Positions 23,101 to 35,100 of a stretch of 64,000 nt of DNA are shown in pieces. Below the pieces are notes generated by a model. It did no database searches. It was given only the letters and a program-made list of their open reading frames with translations, and was not told the origin of the DNA. The stretch covers positions 32,549,504 through 32,613,503 of the forward strand of contig OZ037765.1 in assembly GCA_964035545.1 (NCBI GenBank), given 5' to 3'. The stretch is from Bugula neritina. Lineage: Eukaryota > Animalia > Bryozoa. The translations under genes were made by a program, and so were the position numbers. Every line of letters starts with the position of its first letter. Position 1 is the first letter of the stretch.

Positions 23101-26100
23101 TTTTGTAATACTACTGTGGATTGGCTACTGTACATTAGCTAGATGTAGGCGGAGTCTCTACTACCCAGCCATCCAGATGCATATACTAAAGGGCCATTCA
23201 AAAACCAGCCAATCAAAGTCATGTACCAAATTCACAGATGTTTACTGCAAGCTTCCAATGCTAAACAATAACCCATTCAAGCTGCAACAACAAATAACTA
23301 CTAAGCTGGCAGTTATGTAATAATTGGCCTTAAGTTGCAAAAGTGTACCAGGTCATTTTTCTAGACATGCAATTTTTAATTGCGTTTTATAAACACTTAA
23401 TTTAGACATTTTAAAAAATCATTTCAAGAGTCATCAATTTAAGATATGAAATTAAATAATGCATGAAAAAAAAGTTGCACAACGAGCTTTTAGAAGCATG
23501 CATTTTGCAATTGAACTTGCAGAATTTTATATCAGTTACAATGGTAAGACATTGACCTGGTACACTTCGCTGATTGGCTGAGTTTTACATGGTCTATTGT
23601 AGAAATTTGAAATAATTTTTGACATGCCCTCAAAGTTATGAGGCTGACATAGTTGGAAAAGCTCCGAGTATAGAAATTCTAGATTTAATGCCCAGGATCA
23701 CATGCAATGAGTTCAGAGAAAACATTTAAAGACACCTCTAGTCTCTAATTCTGTTGATGTCCTGTGTGCAATCTTTGCTTAGTAAAAACTTTGTTCTTAA
23801 AAATAGTAGCTGAGTTACTATGACTATTAGTCTAGCTACGCCTTAGGGTTTCCTGTTGGAATATTAGTTCTATTTACTGCAATTATTATTTTAATTAGAA
23901 GAAAACTGCCAGGGAATGTTGGTTGAATTTCTGTTCTTTGCATATACATGGAATATGCATTTCTATATTTTTAAAATTACCTAGTGCTGTGTATTCAGCA
24001 GTGATTTCTGGGTGATTTTGTGTACAGTTTCAGTCAAAAGTGTAATTTTCTGTTCACTATTGTATAGTGAACAGAAAATTATACCTTGCATTATTTGACG
24101 GCATGTCTTTTTGTAACTGTACTCTATTCTCAACGAGTTGGCGTAGTTTTTGACCAATAAACCAATATACTTTTTCAATGCAATTTGCTGAGTTAGTATA
24201 CTGAGAGCAATTGAGCAATTTTGCTGCTGAGCCTAAAACAGGTGATACCAGTTTTATTATTTTTGAAGAACCTAGCATAATAAGGTACTTAATATAAGCT
24301 GTTCATATTACAAACCTGTTATTTGTTAGAATATATACACCATTCATGCTTTTTTGTTACAGCATATGTTCACTGAAGAATCTTGAGGTATTGAATATCT
24401 CAGGAAATAACCTGTCTGAAGGTCTACCTGAGAACATATTCACATCCTTACTATCATTGAGAGAGTTGAACATGAGTGTCTGTAGACTGGAAACTTTACC
24501 AAACAGGTGTGCTATGTTTTACATTAGAACACAACTACAGTGCTGTGAAAAAGTTTAAGGACACCTCCCTGTTTTCCATAATAGTAATGTTCCAAGCTAA
24601 TTTTAAAACATAACTGAAGCATTTCCATAAGCGTGGTGCCTATCAAAATGATCCTTAAGATCTCCTTATCTCATTCATATAGAATATAAGTGTCTCTTTT
24701 TACATCCTCCAAAAATTTGGGTGAAACAACAAGATACTATGCATATATGGGAATTATTCAATGTTCTCACAATTTGTGTGCACTGTATGACATCAGAATG
24801 TTTTACTCAAAATATAGAAAAATATTATATGGGGTTTGTTATACACCTTATAGCAGCATTGCAACACACAGTGCACTCAATTTTAGTATCAATATTTTGT
24901 TGGCCAGCCTTTATTCCTAATCAGAAGTCGACAGTGACTCGTACAGCTTCTCCAACTCATTTTCAGTCACGACATAATGCCAAGCATGAATTACAGACTC
25001 TGTGAGTGTCACCTTAGTTGTTGGCTTTTTTGAGAAGACTTTTTTACCCACTCTTGATCATAATTTTCTATAGGGTTCAAGTCAGGGCTTCGTGCTTGCC
25101 AGTTGAGCGTTGAGACCGTCTGCTTTTTTATCCACTCTTTAACACTCCTCGCCCAATGACATGGTGCATTGTCATCTTGAAATATGTAAATTACATTTGG
25201 AAAAAAAGGTTTTTATAATTGGAAGAAATTTAGCATTGAGATTAATATTTATATATTTTTGGGTACTAACATCATTCCAGAGCAAATACTGAGTTCACCT
25301 ACCATTTTGATGTTATACAATCCTAAAGCATAACACTGATTATAGGGTGCCTAATTGTTCTAAGTACACATTGGCGGCTATATTTCTCATACTGGTATCT
25401 TCTAACACAGTAGTTTTCAGGATGACTGTTCACATTAAATATGGATTCATCTAAAATAATTACTTTTTTTTCAAATCATTCACTGTCTAACTCCCATGCT
25501 CCCTGGCCCACCGTAAACGATTTTTTTGCTGCTTCTTGGTTGGTAGAAGCTTCTTCTTGCTTTGCGGCCATGTAAGCTATGGCTCAGCAATCTTACCTTA
25601 TCAGAAATGTCTAAGCTGGTGTTCTTGTTGATTCTGACCATTCCTTGCCAACTCAGGACTTGTTTTATGGCGATCCTTTTTGCTGATCCCAATGAGAACC
25701 TTGTAATCTCTAGGTGTGCTTATTTTTAGTCATCCACTTTCAGGTCCATCTGCTACACTGCCAGTCTTCATAAACTTCTTGATAATTTGATGTAAAGTTG
25801 TCTTTGCTTTGCCAACCTTTTCAGATATTTTCCTAATTGAATAACCTTTCTTATGCAAGAAAATTACTACAAACCTTGCTTTTGAAGTAAGATTTACACC
25901 TCTCATTTTGTCTATGTGCAGCAGCCAAGTGGTCACCATATAAAAGCTCACAACTGAAGTTGCGTTTATACCTCTGCTGAAAAAAGTACCGAGTTTAAGT
26001 TAATAATGCTTGTCAGGGCACTCCTTTATAGTCAAACTGAAACTCGTTGAAATCATATTGATGCGGTTGCTCACTTTCTGAAATTGAAATTTGACTCGCA

Positions 26101-29100
26101 TAATAGCTATTTGATGCCCTTTGTAAACGTCGTGAATTAGTGAAGCGGACAGCATAAAAGCGATAATTGAGAAGGCGTAGGCTATATATTTATAACCGTA
26201 TAAGTACGTTGTCTAATCGCCAAAGTAATAACTAAATAAAGATGTTTACAAGGAGTTATTACTCCTATTCTAAAATTGGCCGATTAAGTTATCACAGTAC
26301 AAAAATTTTTACGAGTGGCTTTTACAATGCAATGCAACTCGGTGAAATTTCAACCCGGTGAAATTTCAACCCGGTCAAATTGAAATTCTGACCGAAAATC
26401 GTGAAGGTATAAAGGCAACTTAAATAACAGATTTCAAATTACAAAGGGAAGTTATACTTTATGATAACATGATGCCATGCACAAAGTCAAATTTCACTAT
26501 TTAGTTTTTGTGGTAAAAAAGGATAAACTTTGGTTACATAAAAATACAGGAGTTGCGCTTTCCTAACTTCTTGTGTAGTTGGCCTGAAAATAGGTGGAAA
26601 ACATCACAACAGTAAGAATTAATAGGTGGAAGTTGTAGAACACATTCTAAGGGTCATTTTAATATATAGAACTTGCAGGAAAATATTAAGAACTTACAAG
26701 AAATGTCTATTAAACAAGATACATGGAAATTTCTGCAAGGGTCCTTCACATCACTGTATAATAGTAATCACTATATTCTTTATACGTGGCCTATTTATTG
26801 CTATTTCTGTTTTCAGTGGTGCAAACCTATCGACTCCTCCTCATTTTAAGTCAAATGGCCCATAGTCATAGGTCCCAATGTGACCAATCGAATTCAATCA
26901 AGCTAGGTTTTAGCTCAAAGACTCCACATATATTTTGGCCATTAGGTAAATGGTGGCTTCAGGGTAGTATTTTGGTTTTATAATAAGTGCCTTGAGTTGC
27001 TTAAGATAATGGCTTATTTACTGATGAGGTTTGGTTAGCTCGGCATCCTCAGCACTATAAGAACTGATACTCGCCATACAGTGCATATTCTCGCAGACTA
27101 AAATTTGCTCCATGAGTGGAAAAAGGTGTCCACTGTACGGAATGTAGCGTCAGTGAAATCCAAAAACTACTAGCTAATAATATTTGCGTTTAACTTTACT
27201 GCTCGCCTTGTCTCTTTGGCTACATGTCTGGGATAAATTAGGATTTCATTTTTAAATCCCACTCGCTTTCAATAAAACGCAATGGAATGTAGCACTAAAT
27301 TGAGAAAAGTGGGCTCGCTAAATAACTACCAGCCAATTAGGTGACTACGGCAGAAAATATTCGCATTTGTCGTTCAGAGCTACAAGTGCATGACATTCAG
27401 ATACAGTGGATACCTTTATCTACTTCCGTCTGTGAAAATACACACCGTGTGGCCCTAAGCTAATTGGCTTTCTGTTTGTGCACCAGAGAAGTGTTTCTAC
27501 TAAAAAGGTTTCTTCTTTTCTGTACTTTTCTCAGTAAAATATGTTATACTTGTATCCTATATTGCAGCATATCTTCACTGAAGAATGTTGAGGTGTTGAA
27601 TATATCAGAGAATAACCTATCTGAAGGTCTACCTGACAATATATTCACATCCTTACTATCATTGAGAGAGTTGAACATGGAAGACTGTAAACTCTCAGCT
27701 CTACCATACAGGTGTGAATAAATATAATATTGCCTTTTCATAATTGCAGAAATTTGAAATAGTTTTTGACATGCCCTCAAAGTTATGAAGCTGACATAGT
27801 TGGAAAAGCTCCGAGTATAGAAATTCTAGATTTAATGCCCAGGATCACATGCAATGAGTTCAGAGAAAACATTTAAAGACACCTCTAGTCTCTAATTCTG
27901 TTGATGTCCTGTGTGCAATCTTTGCTTAGTAAAAACTTTGTTCTTAAAAATAGTAGCTGAGTTACTATGACTATTAGTCTAGGCCTTAGGGTTTCCTATT
28001 AGAATATGAGTCCCATTTACTGCAGTTATTTTTTATTATTAGGCTGTGTGAGCTGGAAACACAGGTGTGCTGTTTTATAGATTGTAGAGTATTAAAATAA
28101 TACAATAAACATGCTTTACAAGCAATTGACTACAAAGCGCTATAAATTATTCACCATAGATATATTTGTAAGTTCATTCGCAAGTTACTATAATATGAGC
28201 ATCAACATGTTTTATTATGTTATAGCATGTCTTCTCTGAAGAATATCGAGATATTAGGCATATACTTTTCTCAGTAAAATGTGGTATACTTGTATCCTAT
28301 AAAACTCACGCAAGTTTATAGTCGCTATCCCTGTGAAAAACCCCTGATGGAAAGGGTTTTTGTTAAAGCGGGCTAAGGACTTGTTTAAATGAGGCACAGG
28401 AGCAATTATGACTGGATGCTCTTCCTAACATCACCAATGACCTCTGTCCGGACTCGAACACAGGACTCGAACACATGACCTTCGTGTTCACAAAGCAAAT
28501 GTTTTAACCCCTTGACCACGGCTGCTCCCTAACTTATACTTGTATCCTATATTACAGCATATCTTCACTGAAGAATGTTGAGGTGTTGAATATATCAGAG
28601 AATAACCTATCTGAAGGTCTACCTGACAATATATTTTCATCCTTCCAGTTGCTGAGAGAGTTGAACGTGGGAAACTGTGAACTGTTAACTCTACCAAATA
28701 GGTATGTGTTGCTGTTTTTATTATGCTCTTGTAAATGCTGTTTTTCTAATATATAATATAATGCTCTTGTATCTAATTAATTGTTAGCAATATATTATAA
28801 GTATAGATAGATAATATGGACTTGTGCTGGTTTTTGTAAATGTAAATGTTTGCATAAAACGTGAACAGTAAGAAAACAACTCAAAAAAGTCCCTTATGCC
28901 TATTCTAAACCTAAAAACTGGTTTGGGGAAAGTGGCTTAACAATAAACCAACCATTTCTTGGCAGAAATATGAGCAAAAAGTTTAATTGCATATTTAATG
29001 CTAAAAAATTAAAAGTTTTATAAACGCTATTATTACTGTCTCCATATTAGCTATCGGACAGTACCCTTTTGCTTCTTTTTCTTTGCACTCTTTTTTTCCT

Positions 29101-32100
29101 TAACTCAAGACTTTTTTCTTTCTGTATTAACTGTTAGAAGCAATAAACTGACAACAACAACAACTTATGAGCGTGAACAATAAGACAATGAAAAGCATCA
29201 AGCTCATTTAATATGATTCTTGTAGTTATGTATATACCATGACTGCCTTTGTCCTTTTTATCTAAAATACTAGCTAAATTATAAATGCGTTTTTCAATCA
29301 TCTCACTTTAATTAGTGCACACCAAGAAACTTTTACCCAAAACTATTAATTATTCTTCAAATTATAGAATAATTTGTATTTAGATGTAAGTTGCATATAC
29401 ACAGGCCAGACATTGTACTAGCTGATTTCTTTATGGCTGATTTTGCAATCGGCAAAAAGTCTAGTCCGGAGTTATTTTTCTGCTTGCGTTTTATTGGCAG
29501 ATGGCTCTCAGTCTATATAACTTTCGTAAATTTATGCATAATAATAAATAATTTCAACAATGGTGTTAATCGGCCGATTTTGAAACTGATTTTTCACAAT
29601 TGAACATGATCAATTTTTCGCAAATAATTGGTTGAACCAGCCAATCAAAAAATCACGACAACGAGTGCGATTAGCATCATTATTGAAATACAAACAGGAA
29701 GTAATTAATACATTCCTATTACTATGAAAAATAATGTATTAAAATAACTATTAATGGCAGTAGTAGTAACAAAGGATTGGCTGTTGTGTAACTTTGAGAA
29801 ATTTAGTGTCAGTTTCATGGAAATCTCTTAAATATTGCTTTTTATGATTGAAAACTGGCATTATTCTTAACTTTTACTCATTTATAATATAATTTATAAC
29901 TTGTAGTTTATATGTTGTTGTTTTTATAGTATCTCTGTAATATCAAGTCCTATTCTGTGTAAGAGTCCCCTTGCGGCCTTTACTTTCACTCTCACAATGG
30001 CCAATATCGAAGCTGGTAGGAAATCCTAATGCTTGTAAGGCAGTTAGCCAATCACCTCAGGTTAGCTTGTAGCTTATCTGCTAAAGACTATAAACCACAT
30101 TATATTCCAATCTCAACTTTACAATTTAATTTTTTTGAAAGAACATATTTGCCGCAGTTGACGGTTTTAGTTAACTATATAAACAATAGCGCTTAAGTTA
30201 AACTTCTAGTTTTAAACTAAATAGCTTAAAAAATTTTGTAAGTGATGTTAATAGTGTAACTTAGTAATTTATGGATAATTAGACATTAGATCTAGTTAAA
30301 TAAATAGCTACCAAGCCAGCTATTTGTTTTTTAATTTAATACTAAAATACCAAAATTAGCATTAAATTTTTACGAAACTTTCAAATGCAGCAAGCTGTCA
30401 ACAAATTATACACAGCCAGTTTATTTTATCCAGTTTTTATTTATTAAAACATCAGAATAAACAGAAATGTTGAAGTAGCAATATCTTGATTGGTTTTATC
30501 AATTTATGTTATCAGTTTGATTTTTCAATTTAAATTTAAATTTCTTTATTGTTTCTAGCCATTTCACTTGTGAAAAATAAAAAGATATAAAAATTGCCGA
30601 GGTATGTTTACTATGCTAATGCACATACAACTGATCTTGACCTCTTCGAGTGAACCTAGAAGAAAGTTATATAGACTGAGAACCATCTGCCAATAAAACG
30701 CAAGCAGAAAAATAACTCGGGGCATTTTTTAAACATTTTTCGCCGATTGCAAAATCGGCCATAGAGAAATCGGCTAGTACAAAATCTGTTGAAATAATCG
30801 ACCTGTGTACGTGCAGATTTATAGCTTATTCACACGATCAACGAATTGGACGAATAGCGGACCAAAATGGCACGGCGAATACAAATTTTGTTAGTTTTGG
30901 ATCACGTGATCGACTTTTCACAGTTTCGTTGGAACCTGACCCAGCTAGGTTTCAGCTGACGAATTTTTTCTGATTGCGCTCCATTGGCTTATTTCAAAAA
31001 GCATAATTCACATGGCAAACATTTCGGCATTGTAACTAATTTAAATAATCAATATTTTAGTAATATTAATAATAATAGATACTAATTAATTAAAATAAAC
31101 AAATTTGTAGGAAGCATATTATTTTGCTAGTCAGCAGCATCTTAAAATTATTTTAAGCAGTTTTCATGACGGAATTACGTTTTTTATAGAAATTATCATA
31201 GCTTGACCAGCTGCATGCTCTTTGTGATCCTGAATACAAAGATGCACGTAAGCAACTGAGTCGATGTGCACAATGAGTAGCAGTGACTTGAAAAAAAGTT
31301 AAAATGTAGTTAAATTGAAACTGATGCAACTGAATCATTTCACCTAAAGTAGACACTACCAACTTCTATTTTATTTTATAATTGTTCCAGCTGAAACATC
31401 TTAGCTATAGTTCTTTCATAGAAAAACTACTATAAAACAGGTCATTTTAATTTTTTATTTTGCAACAATAAAAAATATAAGTAGAATGAGTAATGAAAAG
31501 CTGCGAAAAAAATAGGTAATCAGTTTGAGTTTGATATAAAAGCACGACCAGGGCATTGCAGTTTTACGTGTCATTTTCATTTCCTTTTCACAGTCCAACT
31601 GTTGTTAAACATAAATCTACTAAATCTTTAGCTAATAAATTTGTCGTAATTCAAATGTTTCATATTTGATTATAATCATTTTATTAACGCAAAATTTTTA
31701 CCTAGTTATCGCTAAATTTAAATAGTCACAACTTTACTAGTAAAAGCACTGTTGCTAAGCAACTATACACTACTATTGCAGCTGGCGCGACAAAGAAGTG
31801 CGATGATTGTTAGTTGGGCATTCGTCGGACCCAACGAACCAAAAAACGTCGTGTGTGAATAAGCTATTAGACCAATTTTGATGGGCTGACTCTCAATTTG
31901 ACCTCAAATTTTTTTGTATGACAGCCTGCTGCCATAATAACACAATGTCAAGTGCGTTTCATTACATAATTTAATAGCTCACAGTTTGAGTAAACCATTC
32001 ACTAGTTAAACATACAGTTTCTTGTAATAGTCTAAATTCTAAATTTGAATGACAACTTTTGTAACTTATATAGACAATAAGTGGTGCAATGTGAATTTTC

Positions 32101-35100
32101 AGTCATGAAATAGCGTAGCTGCCATGGTTTGTACTTCTTTTTTATTCATAATAATAGTGTTAGAACACACATTATTTTGTTATAGAGTATTTTCATTATG
32201 CTGATCACTTCCACTGTCTTTCCATGAATCCATCTCAGTTCGATATAAACCAGATCCATCTAATGTGATCAGTGCGATTGTTTTTCCATGGCATTCTAGG
32301 TTAAATCTTGAGTAGTTGCCTTCTGTTATCCGCAGAGTACTTGAATAAACTTTGCTAGTATAATTTGTTCACCCACCCGAGAGACTAAATCTACTTTGAT
32401 TAAAAAACGGAGTTGTTGATGGTGCTTTATGCTCTTAATTTTTTTAGCTTAGCAGCTTATATAAAATTAATAGCTGCTCAGCAAATTATTCACTAACCTA
32501 CAAGATTGTTAGCAACAAATAACTCACGGGAGCAATTTTTATTTGTCGAGTAAATTCAATTTAAGTGTCCTGTTTTTACTTTCTGCGATCTATAATTTTA
32601 TAGAATTGAGCTTTCTCAATCATTGTAATGGAAGTCAAAGTTTTTTCATCTGAAAATGTGGCCACCGTGATTCTTCACTTTGCTTATAAGTAACTAACAA
32701 TAAGTTGTCATTTTTATTAGCACACAAAAATTTAGCAAGCAGTCTTTTTCTATTTCTCAGATCGATCGTCGTTATGTTATCTGTCTACATACCCACAAAT
32801 TTTAGTTGCTTCGTTCCAGGAGCCTTTGTGTAATCTAGAATAAAATATATGACACTTGTTGCAGTGATCTGAGATTACTGGTGTGTAATTGTAATTTCGG
32901 CAGCAACTATCAAAATTAAATATTTATATAACTCTAAATTGAAAGACTGCACCATTGACTTTTTTCATTCTATCTGCATAGCTAAATGAAGTATAGTCTG
33001 CTAAGTATTGGCCTGCTTTAACGGTTCTATTTCAATTGTAGAATACAGAATCTACAGAAGTTAGAGAACCTGAACATATCAAGGAATCAATTCACCAGTT
33101 TACCATCTCCTGTGTACACATTAAGTAGTCTCCGAGTCATGAACATATTGTACAATCACTCCCTGACATCCTTAGATCCTGAGATACTACAGCTAACTCA
33201 ACTTCATACACTGGATGTATCTGGTTGTAATGCTCTCACATCTCCTCCACGAGAAGTATGTGAGAGCGGAGTAGATGCTGTGAGACAATACTACACAGAC
33301 TTGGCTAAAGGAGCTGGTAGAAGTCTTCCATTTGCTACTATAGCTGTGCTGGGTAATACGATGGCTGGGAAGACCAGTCTAATCAGAACATTACAGAGTT
33401 CTGACAAAAAGAGAGTTCTGACTAACAGAGGGCCAGATGCTGTGAGGGATGAGACAACAAAGGTGTTTAATGTTGAAGAGGTGGAAGTGGATGGTACAGT
33501 ACTCCGTGTCATTGATATGGGAGGCCAGGAGGTCTACCATATCACCTATCAACTGACACTGAGACAGAATTGTATTCCAGTCATAGTAGTCAACATGGAA
33601 CAGTATGATGAGATTTCAAAAGAATCAACACACAGAGAAGCTGTTAGAAGATTAGCCTTTGATTACATGTCTCACCTCTACCTGGCTAACCCAACTCTGG
33701 GTGCTCCAAAACTTATCTTCACACATACAGATAAGTTTCAAAATGCAGAATTTCAGAAGCTTCGAAAGAACTTTCTAGAAACTTCCAATCAACTGTGTGA
33801 GGAAATGATTAGAGAAGAGAAAGCACTGGGTGGAGAATTTGCTCAAATCAAACATTTCAGTGAATCAGCTGAAGGAGTTTTTCTTGGTGAGGACATTTAT
33901 GAGGTTGGGAAAGATGATAAGTATGAAGTGTTTGACCTGATCAAGGAGTCTCTTCTTCAAAGCAGTCAACATTTTGTGAAACCGTTACCTCTGGTTTGGG
34001 AAGAAGTGAATGAAAAAGTGCTGTCTATTCCCTCTGTGTACAGTACCTTTGATGAGGTACTGAAATATGTGCAAACAGAACTTCAACACATTGAGTCAAG
34101 TCAGCTGGACATAATCCTCACATACATGCATAACTGCGGCAAAGTCTTGTGGTATAAAAATATCAGCTCTCTCCGGCCATACATATTCTACAAGATTTCA
34201 GAAGTTACCAAACTTCTCTGTGTCTTGTATCACCACGATTCTAACATATGGCAGAGTAGAGTTGACAAGTTCCAGCCGTATTACTCAAAGCCCGAAATGC
34301 GTTTTGAGAAACAGGACTTTGAGGAATCTGTTAATTGTTTCACAGACACTGGTTTGATGATGCAATCTCTTCTTGTTTATTTGATTCAAAATGAAACAAT
34401 ATTTCACAGTTCTGAGAATGTTGAAGTTGCTATCCGCTTGCTCCAGACATTCCAGTTGTTGTACGGTCCTATACATGGTGGCTCTGCAAAGCCATGTTTT
34501 GTTGTACCACAGTTTGCCAGCGATTACTACAGAACCTCATCCTCTCAATCACAAAATCTGCTCCTTCAAGTTGGAACGCAGTTCAATGGTCTAGCCCTGC
34601 CACGCTATGTCTACCAGCAAATGACGGTTGGCTTGTTGGAGTTGTTTCCAGACGAGTTTGCTGTGATGGAAGTGAAGAGAAATGGAGCCAATGTCTATCA
34701 AGATGGAATCTACACGCAGCTCGTACACGACTATAAATCTAGAAAAGTGTTACTCCAGGTGTCATCTAATGCTGCCAACATCAGCAGAATGTGGGAGAGA
34801 CTTATCACCACCAACAACAACATCCTTAGACATGTTCTAAAAACTTGGACAGCAAGTAGAGCAGTCACTACAAGCTACTGTGCTCACTGTCTTCTCCTAC
34901 AAGTTCCTTGTCCTAAAAAAATGCTCAATCCTCCATGGTGTCTTCGTTCCTTGAAACATCCTACACCAAATACCAGGCTGTGCAGTGGATCTTCAATGAC
35001 ATTGTGTAACGATGAGGCGATTCCCAGTGCTCTACTTCACCCTTGTGAGTTGATATTTTCTGCTTTTACTGTGATATCTTTTGAATAATTGACTTCTCTT

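Noticed and set aside
20566-23320. Duplicated short ORFs on opposite strands (20566/22705, 20606/22680)
   Set aside because: By-products of the transposon's inverted arms; no recognisable motifs.
28455-28530. tRNA gene
   Set aside because: A/B boxes are present, but there is no clean cloverleaf, the B box is duplicated, and a body plus TSD indicate a SINE.
16043-28701. LRR exons as separate genes, or as DGR/recombinase cassettes
   Set aside because: Canonical splice sites and phases link them into gene B; I see no recombination signal sequences or dedicated RT/recombinase nearby.
33042-35044. Assigning the symbol LRRK2, DAPK1 or MFHAS1
   Set aside because: No kinase domain, and orthology cannot be established without a phylogeny.
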